A stretch of DNA of 64,000 bases, from positions 4,216,001-4,280,000 of the forward strand of contig NC_043009.1 of NCBI RefSeq assembly GCF_006345805.1, in the 5' to 3' direction. The position numbers and the translations under genes were made by a program. The stretch is from Octopus sinensis. Taxonomy: Eukaryota. The notes below the pieces were generated by a model. It was not told where the DNA came from and ran no database searches. It saw only the letters and a program-made list of their open reading frames with translations. Below, one piece after another: positions 39,822 through 54,433 of this stretch. Position 1 is the stretch's first letter. Every line of letters begins with the position of its first letter.

Positions 39822-40784
39822 ATATTAATGCGTGTTGTGAGAGTGAGTAATTATGCGTTTAATAAGCGGACTACTCCTATAATTTTTGTGTCACATATTT
39901 CGCCAATGAAAAGCAACAACGATAATTATTTTCTCAATTAGGCGGTAAGCCAAATATATATTTTGAGGAAAAAGAGATAGTCGATTAAATCGACCCCCTT
40001 TGCTTGCAGGGAAACTTTAATTTATCTCACCCCGTAGTGTAAGATATTATGGATTACACATCACGTTGCATCAAAAAATATACCACGCGCATATGTATAC
40101 ATATTTGTGTGTGTATTTATAAATGTGTATACATGTATTTATATATGAGTATGTATTTTTATATATATATATATATATACACACACCTATATTAACGTAA
40201 ATATAAATAAATGAACGTGTGTCCATTTCTAAGGTGACATGCAGAGATGGCTTATTATATATATAATATATATATATTAATATATATAATATATAATCCA
40301 CACACACTCGCGCGCGCACAACATCTTGGCACAATATTTGTCCTTAAATATCATGTCTAGACATCCATTAAAAATAGATCATTTCTTACTTATAATGTTC
40401 TTATGTTTGTCTGGCTATCTATTGGTCTCTTCTTACTTCACCACTTTCCCCATCGCCCATTATCTTTCACATTCCTATGCTTATATGTATCTATATTTCC
40501 TTCACACACAAACACACACACACACACACATGCGTATATATATATATTGTGTGTGTGTATAAGTTAATCCTTCTTTCTATCAGTATTATAATCTATGTAT
40601 TTTTGTAGCTAACCTAGTAGCTAGGTACTTATCTAATCTATATATTGTTTATCATTTTACGCGCACACACATACACATTATACATATATATATATGTATA
40701 TATAATATAAATAATATATAAATATATGCATATATACATACATATATGTACATACCTACATATATATGTATATATACATGAAAA

Positions 40785-41075
40785 TGTGGGTACAGAGCAT
40801 CAAATACATAACGTTGAACACAATGAGAAACGAAAACATAAAAGCAAAAACATAGAAAACGAACTATTTCCCTTCATCAGTTGTCCCTGTTTCATCTACT
40901 CTGCGTTACGGAGGCAAGGACAATACGCAACTTCGTTGAAATAGTCCTTCCCGCAAAACAAATTAAATAAAATTTTGGATTTTTTGCGGAGGGTGAAAGT
41001 GGTAACAAGAACAGGTCAGTGAGAACAAGACAGTAAAAACAAACGGTGAGGGCTGTTAAGCCAAAACGATAGAAT
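40785..41075. mobile_element. (TA)n-flanked repeat family G, longer copy
   Basis: Homologous to 28355-28517 and bounded by TA-rich microsatellite. The minus strand carries CTGATGA, but no complete hammerhead fold. Confidence 0.7.
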
Positions 41076-41084
41076 ATATATATA

Positions 41085-41142
<58 letters not shown>

Positions 41143-42044
41143 TGGTTGATTTTGTGGCACTGCCAATGAGTATAAAGCCAGTTATTATCTTGTGCTCTTC
41201 TCTTGGTTACCTGCTGATAACATCATTGTATAATATTATATGCATATAGAAACACGAACGCGTGTCCAGTCATTGTATGTGTGTATGAATGATTGCTTTA
41301 TATATGTCTTTTGCACTTTCGGTCGACCTAGCTCTCTATCGATCTTTCTGTTTATCTTTCCAGCTTGTAACTTATAAGAAAAAGCCTCTTGCCTTTTCTT
41401 CTTTTCTTTCTTACCTTTATATTCGACTACATTTCTCTATACATTTGCATCAGAGATACAAAATATTCCTTCGTTGTTTATTTTTTCAACCATTATCTTT
41501 TTTCCAACCACAACACTCGCCAATTCTAATTTTCGATCTCGTTCCATATATCCCTCACATTCTTACTTGTTGCCACATTCGCTCAAAGTATTCCTCTTTC
41601 GCACACTTCCCTTACCGTCCCACTCTTACCCTACCTTCCCTATCTTATTCATTTCCCCCCTCCCCTCCCTATGTTTATCTCCTATTCCTATCACTCTCCT
41701 CCCTATTGCTCCCTCTCATGTTATATATATATAGCTCTCCGGCGTCTCCGTTTCTCCCTACATCTCTTTCTATTAACGTCTCATTCAATCATGATACTAT
41801 TTGTGACGCTTTATTCTCTGCGATTTAGCATTCATTCCATACATGTCTTTTCATTACTTTCGTCCTTCATTATTGTTCCACTTTTCTCTTGCAATCATTT
41901 ATCTCATTTATGCATTCATCACTTTCCCCTTCCCATTATCTCCTTTACCATTGTCTTCCGCTCCTGTCTTCACAAACTCTGGCTTTCTCTCATTCTTCAA
42001 TATATGTACGCATACATGTGGATGTTTACACACACACACACACA

Positions 42045-42076
<32 letters not shown>

Positions 42077-42386
42077 GTATGTATGTATGTATATATGTAT
42101 ATATATTTGAATTAGGCCGCATTTATTGGACATCAATCCTGTATCCTCATTTCCATAAGGTCCGTTTGTCAAAGCGAAGAGTGTACACATTTGTGAAAGG
42201 GCAGTAATAGATATATATGGACTTTCCAAGATCACCTATGTGTGCGTATATATGTATGCATTTATGTATGTATGTATTTGTTGTTAATGATCTGAGTAAA
42301 TCTTTATTTTGCTGACTCATATACACCGGTTGAAACCTGGCTAATATTGCGTGAGCGCATTTTCTGCAGGGGATTACTGGCATATA

Positions 42387-42442
<56 letters not shown>

Positions 42443-42764
42443 CATTCATGCATACATACGTATATAGCAGATCATAGACATAACGGTTGACAAAAGCTCT
42501 ATAGTAATATTCTTTGCTTCTGTTAATGCAATTTCAATAGCCCTGTTGCACAACAAGCATATGCATGTATACATGCAATTTCACCAGCGATTGTACTTCT
42601 GTACACATTCAAACACCACAAGTGCTCATACATACGCACACCTCGCATATATACACACATATACATCTATGAAATATATGTATATATATGTGTGTGTGTA
42701 TGCGTATATATATGTATATATATATATATGCATGTATACAGATATGTCCTGGCAGACGTCGACA

Positions 42765-42806
<42 letters not shown>

Positions 42807-42945
42807 AATAGATATATATACAGTATTTGACGCCAATATTCTGAGAAGTCCATTCATAACACTCTTTCTGCTGACTATCATATTCAACAGATGCATTCTG
42901 GGTAACGGTTGTGAAGGCTTTTTTTTTTTTCAAGGACAATTAACA

Positions 42946-43045
42946 NNNNNNNNNNNNNNNNNNNNNNNNNNNNNNNNNNNNNNNNNNNNNNNNNNNNNNN
43001 NNNNNNNNNNNNNNNNNNNNNNNNNNNNNNNNNNNNNNNNNNNNN
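42946..43045. other. Assembly gap (100 N)
   Basis: Run of exactly 100 N, typical of a gap of unknown size. Confidence 0.99.
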
Positions 43046-44059
43046 TACATGCATGCATTCATACATGCATGCATTCATACATACATGCATACATACATAC
43101 ATGCATACATACATGCATGCATACGTACATGCATGCATACATACATTCATACATACACACATACATATTGTGGGCGTCAGCAACACATTTCTTGCTGGCA
43201 AGAACAAAATTTCTCAAATGGATGCAGAAACGAGAAGGATTGTTTTGGTCCAGCAGTAGAAACCTGTCAATTTTGTAAATGTGGGTTCGAATCCCATGGG
43301 CAGTTGTCGACATTTTCTATCCAGAGATTTTTTAAACCTAATAGTTACGCCTTATTATTATAATTTTATTAGCTTCGAGACCCACTACTCCAAAATAGAA
43401 TTCATATATACATGGTTTAAAAGTAGTGTCTCTTTCTACTGTTACTCTTCCAGATGGCAGAATTATTACAAGATGGCAGTATTATTTTCGATGAACATAT
43501 ACTTGTCTCTAAATCTATCTAGCAATGTTCCTCTGTGTTTATATTTCTAGTTTTCGATCTAACTTTTATCCATTTTGTGTAAATACATTATAAATGTTCA
43601 GAATAAAAGACAGCAAATATCACTGTGCAAAGAATTGTTATTATACTCGAAGAAAGAATTATTTTATCATGATAATTATGTGTTCATACATTCCGCAATT
43701 GATACACAAACGTGTGTGATGATATGCGCTGGGTGCCTCTATGTGCATACGTTATCTGTGTGTGTGTGTGTATGTTTGCGTGTTTGATCGGGTGTGTGTG
43801 TTTGCGTGTGTGTGTGTGAGTTATTTTATGTGTTTCTGTGTAAGTGTGCAGATATTCATAAACATAAATATTTATTTATACAAACAGGATGTGTTGCAAA
43901 TGAGACAGTGTTTAAATATTTGTTATACGAAAGTGGCAGACGTACGGGAGACATATTACAATGGCAGATTAAAAGATTCATATATACACGTACACAAATA
44001 TGCACATATACTCTCATATATATTTACATCAACATCATCAGCCTTAGCTTCATCATCAC

Positions 44060-44228
44060 CATATCATCATCATCATCATCATCATCACCATCAACAGCAA
44101 TAATACCATCATGATCGCCTTCGTTGTGGTTTTTACATCCGCCATTTTTATCGGATGCTGGCATGGGTTGACGGAGACTTACTGAAGCATCATTTTACAG
44201 CTGGATGCTCTGTCCTGTTGCCGACTAT
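44060..44228 (-). mobile_element. Degenerate retroposon 3' end with (GAT)n tail (RTE-related SINE-like)
   Basis: (CAT)n followed by acatccgcc...atgctggcatgggttgacgg...acagctggatgctctgtcctgttgccgac. Recognised by resemblance only; single copy in the window. Confidence 0.4.
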
Positions 44229-44350
44229 TATCTATAAATTACATTAAAAAAGAACCTACTAGTATGCAAACATTCTCACATACATGTACATACATCCGTA
44301 CATTCACATGCACCAACAAGATACTTTTGCATCGTACGTATATCTCTGAT

Positions 44351-44381
<31 letters not shown>

Positions 44382-44505
44382 CACCCATGCTAGATAATCA
44401 CTAAATATGTAAACCTATTATAAAAGACAATGCATCCATGACCATTCCAACTTTACTTCAGACAGTGTACCGCAGAATGTTATCAAATGTGTCCTGTTCT
44501 TATTA

Positions 44506-44646
44506 TTATTATCTCCACCCTAGCGAATGCGGTGGTATTGTTTTCAGTCGCGTTTGTTTTGTTTGTCTTTGGACACGATATCTCAAGAACTGCTCGATGG
44601 ATTCGGATAAAACTTTCAGAGATGTTTGGTCTCGTTACTGGCACGC
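44506..44646 (+). mobile_element. 5' part of a HINE/DINE-1-like element
   Basis: ttattatctccaccc...ggtggtattgttttc, (GTTT)n, then atctcaagaac...gatggattcggataaaactt. Same architecture as the minus-strand 5' end of 8470-8861. Confidence 0.65.
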
Positions 44647-44843
44647 GCTGCAAGACGCAGAGGAAAGAGCGAGAGAAAGTTGTGGCAAAAGTGTCAGCGG
44701 AAGTTCGTCATTACCTTCTGCTGGAGCTGCGTGGACCTTAGGTGTTTCAGTCATAAGCACGCACATCGCCCAGTCTGAGATTCGAACCCGCGACCCCACG
44801 ACCGCGAGTCCGCTGCTCTAACCACTAGACCATGTGTCTCCAC
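44647..44843 (-). mobile_element. SINE family C, head half
   Basis: Aligns to 50688-50889 (gctgcaagaYgcag..gagagaaagttgtgg...gagattcgaacccgcga...ctccac). Confidence 0.88.
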
Positions 44844-44845
44844 AC

Positions 44846-44881
<36 letters not shown>

Positions 44882-45615
44882 ATCACATTTACACAAATAT
44901 ATGCATATATGTGTGTGACGGTGTATGTTTCTAGATATTCTGTATTCTTTGCTGCTATATTTTTTCTACATTCTTACTGTCCAGTTTCTTCAAACCACTA
45001 TTTCACTATACTCTCTATCGAGAAGGTAGTTCTTACTAATTTCGACCCTAGACCAGCCATTTTCGTGAAAGCAAGTTACGAGATCATGTCGAGTTCAGTA
45101 TTTCATTTTATCAACCCGTAATGATGAAATACGGCTAAGCATGTTGTCAGATACTCTGCTAGTTCTGCCAGCCCGCCTCCTTCGTCGGCCAACTACTAAT
45201 TACTTTGATTATAAATTGCACACTGCAAGAGTGTGCTTAGCGAAAACAGTCCAGACTAGCATCGAACCTACGACTGTTAGGTATGTCACGATCAGATAAC
45301 CGCTTGGCTAGACTAGCACGAATATGTTTCTAAGTAAAGTTCATTGAAGTGTTTGACTTGGTCATTTCGTTTCCTGGATTTGCTTCTGTAATCTTTGCTA
45401 ATCTAAAAGATAATATTGATCGTAGATTATTAATGACTGTGTATTTGTGTGTGTTTGTGTGATGCGTTTGTGTTGCTTCGTATATGTGTATACGTGTGTA
45501 GTTTAGCATGGGTAATTGCACACATTTCTTTATATGAACATAATGGAGGTTTGCAATGTTGAATGAAGGCATTACGAATGGAGAAAGAGTAACTCACAAA
45601 CACATATTTGTGCTT

Positions 45616-45657
<42 letters not shown>

Positions 45658-45822
45658 ATACACACATACGCACACACGCATAAATGTACGCACACACGCA
45701 TAAATGTACGCACACACACATTACACAGATACACACAAGCATACGTAGGCATACAAACATTAGCGTATGTGTTCATGCATATCTCCTTTTCCATGCATGT
45801 AGACATAGACAAACATACGCTC

Positions 45823-45856
<34 letters not shown>

Positions 45857-46783
45857 CACACATACAAACATACATACATACATACATACATACATACATA
45901 CATACATACATACATACATACATACAGATATATAAATATTAACACACGCTATCGTGCTTGTCCGTCCTGCACGTATGCAGACATTCATAAACACTCATTA
46001 ACACGCACACACACAGCCATACGAGAATTAACATACGTAATCACGCATGTCCGCGCACCTTGCACGTATGTAGACGTACGTAAACGCACACGTCGACACA
46101 GCAACAAACACGCATGCGCAGACACACCCACGTGCGCTCACACGTAGACATACAAACATTAACACACGTGATTTCGCATGTTCTTCTCGCACGTATATTG
46201 ACATGCATAATAAACACATTGACACGCACAAACACCCGTAAGAGTGCGTGTCTCCCTTACACACTTATACACATCAGCAGACACACTGACACGCGAACAC
46301 AGATACGCACGCTTACAAACATTAACACGTGGTCACGCATTCCCTCTTGCAGACATGCATAAACACATACACACACTTACAGAATGGCTTAGGTTCACAT
46401 ATACACATCCACGCTCACATATCTTAAAGTCGTTAGTGTATACCAATATATAGAGAGGCTACAGATCAAAACGTTTATGATTTAAAGAAAGCTGATGAAA
46501 TAAGCTGGGAATGCGGGGTCCCTAAACAAACGAAATACAAATGTTGACGTTGTTATTGTTGATCCTGCCCAATCATGTTATGGCCGTTAAATTTTCTTAG
46601 CCACAGAACAGCCTTTGACTGAGATGACCTATGGTCAAACATGTTCTAACTGTGATCATTTAGGAGAGTATTGTAGTTCGCTTGAAGCATTGCGTATTGT
46701 TAGTAAAGAATAAAAGTTTTTAATGGTACGACAATGCAGTTTTAACGTTAAGGTGTAGATATAATCGCAGCAATTGTAGTTGT

Positions 46784-47094
46784 GTGGAGGCGCAATGGCC
46801 CAGTGGTTAGGGCAGCTGGACTCGCGGTCGGAGTATCGCGGTGTCGATTCCCAGACCGGGCGTTGTGTGTGTTTATTGAGCGAAAACACCTAAAAGCTCC
46901 ACGAGGCTCCGGCAGGAGGCGACCCCTGTCGTACTCTTTCGCCCAAACTTTCTCTCACTCTTCCTGTTTCTTGAGTAAAGCTGCGATGGACTGGCGTCCC
47001 TTCCAGCTGGGGGAAACACATACGCCACAGAAACTGGGAAAGCGGGCCCATGAGCCTGGCTAGGCTTGAAAAGAGAGACGTCTATCGTTACGTT
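46784..47094 (+). mobile_element. SINE family C, full length with 12-bp TSD
   Basis: A/B-box tRNA head; TSD aattgtagttgt at 46772-46783 and 47095-47106. Confidence 0.92.
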
Positions 47095-49420
47095 AATTGT
47101 AGTTGTAGTAATAGTCGTTTAATAAAAGCTCAGTCTTGATCCAATATAGCGATAATGAAAAGTATTCTAGCCATGATCCACCATGAAATCTAGAATATAT
47201 CTTCAATGTTTCGCTTTCCTAAGAGTGGTCTATTATTTCGAGAACATTTAGTTGTTATTTCCTCCCGGTCAAGCGACTGCGTTCAGACACCTTCTAATAC
47301 TTAAGGTATAGGTATTCAAAAGGTGTACGAAAACTAGGCGGAGGGTGATTGAACCAAAAACAAAGGATCGGGAGGTGAAGAAAATGGCGGATAATATGAG
47401 ATTGGTTGCTTATAAGGTTTATGAGGCGAAATGATGAGTTCCGTCCCTTGATTTACACCGAAGCCATCTCTTGGATATAGATTTTGATTGAGTAATTCAT
47501 TCATTATTGACTGCAGTATCTTGGCAACGTACTTATATACAAACATATCTAATATACTTATAATCCGGTATATACGGTGGAGAGAGATTTGGCTGTTATT
47601 TCTCGCATATCGAGGGAATGAATTAGACCCTTGTTTAAGCTCGAACTTGGAGATATAAAAAGTATCAGCAATTACATGTCGGAAAAGAGCTCAGCTCCAA
47701 AATCGGAAGAAATAAATGATAAATATGGAGCTATGATGTGCGTGTGCGTGTGTGCGTTACTTAACTAGATACATTTGAGAATGTTTCAAACTTTGGAAGG
47801 TTTCATCGGTCAAATTGTTGTCATTGAAGACCCACACACAGCATGCATCACATATGGTTCGAAGTACTGTTGTAATTATACGCTTTGTGATGTTCACTTG
47901 TTCGGGAATATAGCTTGTAGCGGTTTAAAGAAACTGCACAGTAAGAATGTAGAAAAAAAATACAACAGCAAGGAAGGACACATACAGAAACGTCTAGAAA
48001 CATACACGCTCACGCGCGTATATGCATATATTTGTGTAAATGTTTTATATATATATTTCAACATACACGAATTTAATGTGTAGATAATTGCGTGAATACT
48101 TATATGTGTATGTACATTCGTATGTACATTTGTATGAATATATACATTTATATGTGTGTGTGTATATATATGTGTGTGTATGTATGTATATGCATGTATA
48201 TATGTATATAAGTATATATATGCTTGTATGTATATAATATATGTATACATGCATGTATGTATATAATATATATACAAGCTTGTATGTATACAATATATAC
48301 ATGCATGTATGTATAATATATATATATATACATGCTTGTATGTATACAATATATATATATGCATGTATGTATATAATATATATACATGCATGTGTGTATA
48401 TTAGTATATATATATATATATATAATATATATATATATACATACATGCATATAGGTATATATGTGTGTATGCGTGTATACGTATGTATATATGTTTGTGT
48501 ATATATGTGTGTATGCGTATATACATGTGAAGTAATGTTTGTACGTATAAATACTTATACACGAATGCTAAAATAAATCTTCCTGAAAGCATATTGTGTG
48601 TGTCAGTGAGCGCACGTGTGTGTATAAATATATTTATACATACCCAAACACACACACACACACCACACATATGTATATATTTATATATGAAATGGTGAGT
48701 AAGATGATAGAATGGATGGACATTGCTGTGGGGGAGGGAGATGCAGTTGTTATTGTACTGGTAGTGACAGAGTGGTCGTGGGTTTTATTAATGCTGGTGA
48801 AGGCTTAGGAGGTAGTGGTGTTGGCGCTGGTCTGGTGGGGTTATGGCTTTTTGTGGTGTAGTGTGGAATGAAGTAGAGATGGCGTTGGTAGCGGAGGTGA
48901 TGGACGAGACATATGCAACGTCAGTCGATTAGTATGGAAGGTTTGAAGGACTCTGCGGTAGTGTTTGGAAGGGATAGGAGTCTTGCAGGGTGGCAAATTG
49001 AGTCGGGCGGTCATCCGTATTGAGAGAGCGATAAGCGAAGTTTGGCCCTGAAAGCAGTAATTCATGTGTGAGGTGTTTGTTGGAAAGGTGCAGTGAATGA
49101 TGAATCGTTTTGCGATGGGTGAGGCGAACTAATAGACTAACAAGATGCTATGACAGTTTCTCTCTTCGTTAAAACCCATTTGCCCTATGGGCAACTGCTG
49201 GTTCTTGACAATTTGCATCCTTATCTTTTACACGATGCCACAGCGATGCCTCCACACTGCCAACACCATGCTACTGTCATGTTTTGTGCACTAATATTTT
49301 ACGGGCTTTTCATACGTATACTTAGAGCTTTTATTATGTACGTATGTAAGGGTGTGTGTGTGTATGAATATATGAATGAATATGCATATTATTGTACATA
49401 TTTATATAAATATAAACAGC

Positions 49421-49465
<45 letters not shown>

Positions 49466-50582
49466 ATATATATATATTATATTATATATGTCTATATATA
49501 GTATATATATAGGTATATTATATATACACACAGACATATATATATATATATGCACCTAAATAATATACTTTGTTAAACGTAATGTATACTATATATGAGT
49601 GTTTGCATTTGCATGAATATACATATATGTATGTATATATGTATGTATATATATATACACACACACATACACTTGTATGCATAATATCGTTCCCTATATT
49701 TGTGGAATGGAAAATACACGTACAAAATGTGTGTACATGTGTGAATATATATGTGTATGTATATATATATATATGTGTGTGTGTGTAAATATATAAGTGT
49801 GTGTGTGTGCATGTATACATATATAAAAAAAGCATACATTCGTTCATACGTACATGCACACATGTATGCATTTACAAACATATTCAAATTACATTCATGT
49901 ACTAAATGATTTGTTGCAGATAAATTTTCGTTTTTATTCTTTTATTTTACATTTGTTTTCGCAGATGATTTTTTTTCCTTTTTTCTCCTTTTTTTTCCAC
50001 TTCTTTTACACATATCTTCGGAAATATTTTATATGTTAATATCAGCCATTTCTAATTCCAATTTGATAACTCTATTGAAAATAGCTATTTTTGCAACAGT
50101 AGTAGTAGTAGTTGTTGTTGTTGTTGCTTTCATTTTCTCTTTTTTTTTATTGTTCATGATGACTACCTATCATGTAGTTTGCGATTTATATTAAAAAAGA
50201 CTAAAAAAGAAAAGAAGAAAGAATGAAAAGAAATGATAATGATGATGGTATATGAAAGGGGAAAAAATGGCGTAAATTGTATAGAAGCAATGGAAAGGAA
50301 AGAAACGGTGCGAATGAGTGAGAGAAATAGGAAGGGATTGTGGGGGAGAGTGAGAGTATGATATGTATGTTGAAATGTAGTTTTGTTCTTGTTGACAAAG
50401 AGATAAGACATAGTTGTTGTGATAATTAAAGCATCTCTCACAAGAAGAAATGGATGTATGCGTGTACGTGTATGAGCTGATATAATCTACCCTGGGATTA
50501 GATCCTAGTTCTTTCAATTATATGCGAATGTGCATTTATTCATACGTCCATACGTGTGTGTGTGTATATATATATATAAATA

Positions 50583-50889
50583 TTGTTTGTTCCTTCTCGA
50601 GCCATGCCTGGCTCATAAGGGCTGGTTTCCCGGTTTCATTGGCGTATAGGTTCCCCACCAGGACGGCACGCCGGTCCGTCGCAGGTGAGCTGCAAGATGC
50701 AGGAGGAAAGAGTGAGAGAAAGTTGTGGTGAAAGAGTCAGCAGAATGTTCGCCATTACTTTCTGCCGGAGCCGCGTGGAGCTTAGGTGTTTCGCTCATTA
50801 ACAGACACACATCACCCGGTCTGAGATTCGAACCCGCGATCCATCGACCACGAGTCCGCTGCTTTAACCACTAGGCCATGTGCCTCCAC
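50583..50889 (-). mobile_element. SINE family C, full length
   Basis: Aligns to 5961-6267 and 44647-44843. Confidence 0.9.
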
Positions 50890-53527
50890 TGTGCACACAT
50901 ATATATATGCACACACACACATACAAAACTCATACCTGAATGCAGATAGGTGGTAGGTGTATGTGAGAGTGTTTGCCTGATCGTTGGGTTTTAAAGACAC
51001 GTCTCGGACATTCTTGCAACACAGTTATAAAATACATGATACACATAAAACTAACTACAACAGTTTTCGTGTTGGAATTTTTGAGTTTTTATGAATATCC
51101 ACTCGGGTACAATCCTGCACACAGAAACATATGTGTCTACTGTTATATTTTTTTAAAATATTATGTTTGGTTGCACTTGAGCAAATTTCCAATTTGAAGA
51201 GTCACACTTAGGTATTTGCTCCAGGCCAGCTTTGACTGGTTGATCAAAGACATGCCAACTTTGACCACCAATGTTTATGAGAATCTAAAATTATTTAATG
51301 TGTCATTTTCCTATCCTTTTATGCAGTATGTTTTTCAGTCTGAGGGATATTTTGTTGTTGTTTCTAACTAATCTAGCGACCTCATGCATGCAAGTTCAGT
51401 TAGCGATGTCATCTATCTCATATTCGCATCATTATTACGTGATGACCAAGACTCTATTACCGCTGAAATGGCCCAATTCCTTTAACTGTTAAAAGATCGC
51501 ATATGTGGATAAGACTGTGCTGTAGTTATGTAGGTTATCACTGATGCTGCATATATTTCCTCACTTGTTCTATAGTTTCTATTTACATTGCCGAGACACT
51601 TAACAAGTACCGAAGGAAGCTTTATGTTTACTGCACTAAAAATGCTGTTGAAATATTGTCCTCTTTTCCTTTGCCGGGGTATACTTAAAGCGTCCTTGAA
51701 TATTCATGAAAGGGGCAAAGACTCCTACACGAAAATGTCCTTAGCTTTATGCATTCATTTTACAACTGCTCTGCGAGAGTGTCTAAGGAGTGTCTGTAAA
51801 TTACTCACAATTCCTGTATTTTCAAAATTATAATAACACCCCAGTTAAAGAGAGAACACTTACTACGTTATTCACCCTACTAGGGATATGTTTCAAATGT
51901 AGAAATCTCTTCTAAGAATCCAATGAAAAATCTTGGGTTTTCATGTAGCCAATAAATTTCATTTTAGTTCGATGAGAGCGGAACTGAGGTTAAACAAAAT
52001 CAATATATTTAAACTAGAAAACTCTATTGAAATATGCTGTATAATAAAATAACAACCAAATCTCTCTCGCTTTCAAATCATACCGCAATGGTTCTCTTAC
52101 AGATGCCGCGATGCATTGCTGTACGCCAAGAGTGGTGGGCCTGTCTAGAAACCTCCGCCGATTTTTAAACTATAATTTAATGATTTTAGGATAATTCCTA
52201 TTAACATTTGAACGTTTGGAACAAAGTATTATTTGTTATTTTGTTATACACAAGTACGAATAATAAAACAGGTTAAGCACTAAATACGCTTTGATAAATA
52301 TCGTCTTCTGTTGTAGCTGTTTTTTCTATTAATTTCATTGAGAAGAATTTGAAGAAGTTTCTATAGCTCGTTTTGCATTGTTTTAACATGTTTTCAGTGT
52401 AATGTAACATCCTGTCGCCTATTTAAGTAACAGCGACTAAATCTTGAAGTAAGAATTGTAATTCAAACACTTACAGGCTTTAACTAAGAGGAAAATATTA
52501 ACGGATTAGATTTCTTTTGGATGTTGTCAGCATACCCAGCTTTTACGGAGTACCTATACTTATTGGATCTATCAGTTAATACTCACTTTCAACTCACATC
52601 GTAGTTTCTCAACAAAGTTTATAACATTAGAATTAGCACTCAGATATACTAAGTATGACAAGATATCATGTTTGCGACTGAGAAGCGTGTCGACAAAGGT
52701 CCGCTCAGTCAGGTTTTGGCGAATGAAACGACGAATTAGATCAAAATTCACTTCGTATTTAGAGCTTGAAGCAGGCAATACATACATGCAAACACATTAA
52801 CACTATCACACACACAGATACAGACACACTCACACACACAAATATGGAATAAATATAAATATGTTTGATGTGATAATGACTTCCTCAGTATACGTAATGA
52901 GGTAACCGATGTTGTGGCGTGTTCTCTACTCGTTGGTAATATCTATATTGGGTAACTTACCTTACACTGTAGCAATGCAAGTATACAACTATACATAATA
53001 TCGGGCAAATATTCGGCCACGTGATCCACTTTGATCAATGGCGGACGAAGTATTGAGTGCAACACGGTCACACCTTCATTCAGTGTATATTATCTGATCG
53101 CCGCTACGGATTTTTACATCAAAATGAAACTTAGAGTAACGAAGGAGTGACTCATATTATAAAACCTACACTGTTTACTGAGTCGTGTTGAAATACTCTT
53201 AATAGCTATTTAAGTAACAGTGGACACACAGGTAAAATCCAAGGCCGAACATCTCCGATATTTGAACTTGGTACTTCGAATTAATTGATTAATTAATTAA
53301 TTAATTAACCGTCGAGGTAGGAAAGTTATTCGAACAATAGAATCTTAGAAGCCGTCTCCCATAAACAAAACAAATATACATTTGCACTCAAACGACCATG
53401 TGTACATGATTAAAAATGCACACAAAAGCAACTGATGCTTATATGCAGAACATATATATGTATAGAATATATAAAAAAAAAGAAGTATGAAATACATTTT
53501 CAGCAGCCACAGCAGAAATAACATCAA

Positions 53528-53567
<40 letters not shown>

Positions 53568-53944
53568 TTGATAATAATAATAATGATAATAATAATAATG
53601 ATAAACGAGGACAGAAATAAAACAGGCGGAGAGCAGCAGTATAACAGTAGATCGTGTGTGACAAAGTGTAGCGTGAAAAATACAGACAGAAACGTGTCTG
53701 AATACATACACTACATACAAACATATGCACACAAACGTATACACACGCACACACACACACACACACTCACACACACACACCACACACACGGAGTCTCTCC
53801 ACAGTATTTTATTGCAAAATAGATATTTATAAAATGGTATAAGACTAGAAAAAGAATATATTAGACTTTAGAAGACTTTAAAAAAAACTTTGTAAGAGGT
53901 GCTGAAAGTGTCGTCCTTCATTTTCCACACATAAGTTGCATCTT

Positions 53945-54143
53945 CTATGCATGTTTCGAAATACATCTTGGAGAGTCTGTGGCCGTTATGGACCGTGTGT
54001 AGATTATGATCGCGTCAATTTTCGGGCGATTCTTGTACACTGACCCTTTTTTGGCTGGCGGTGTTAAATCAGGTGGCCAAAGACCCTTCGAAATAATCTG
54101 TTCATTGAAAAATTCACTGCGGAGAGACTTTTTGAACACCCTG
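53945..54143 (-). mobile_element. Tc1/mariner-superfamily deletion derivative with transposase relic
   Basis: Minus strand starts with the TIR-like cagggtgttcaaaaagtc. It is fused to EFFNEQIISKGLWPP-DLTPP-KGSVYKNRPK, a deleted form of the WPPRSPDLTP.D..LWG.LK..VY motif. Confidence 0.8.
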
Positions 54144-54156
54144 TGTGTGTGTGTAT

Positions 54157-54433
54157 TTTACTCTTTTACTTGTTTCAGTCATGTGATTGTAGCCATGCTG
54201 GAGCACCGGCTTTGGTCGAGCAACTCGACCCCAGGACTTATTCTTTGTAAGTCTAGTACTTATTCTATCGGTCTCTTTTGCCGAACCGCTAAGTTACGGG
54301 CACGTAAACACACCAACATCGGTTGTCAAGCGATGTTGGGAGGACAAACACAGACACACAAATATACACACACATACATGCATATATAGATATAAACATA
54401 TATACGACGGGCTTCTTTCGGTTTCCATTACCA
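54157..54433 (-). mobile_element. SINE family A, 5'-truncated
   Basis: Aligns to 12685-12985. Confidence 0.88.

Noticed and set aside
41289-42207. Overlapping 179-aa and 178-aa ORFs
   Set aside because: CT-rich low-complexity DNA is depleted of stop codons; no recognisable protein features.
46784-46860. tRNA gene calls at SINE heads (also 3254, 6195, 14525, 37466, 43245, 50815)
   Set aside because: A/B boxes are present, but there is no proper acceptor stem. Most continue into a SINE body, some with TSDs; 43245 is too degenerate to classify.
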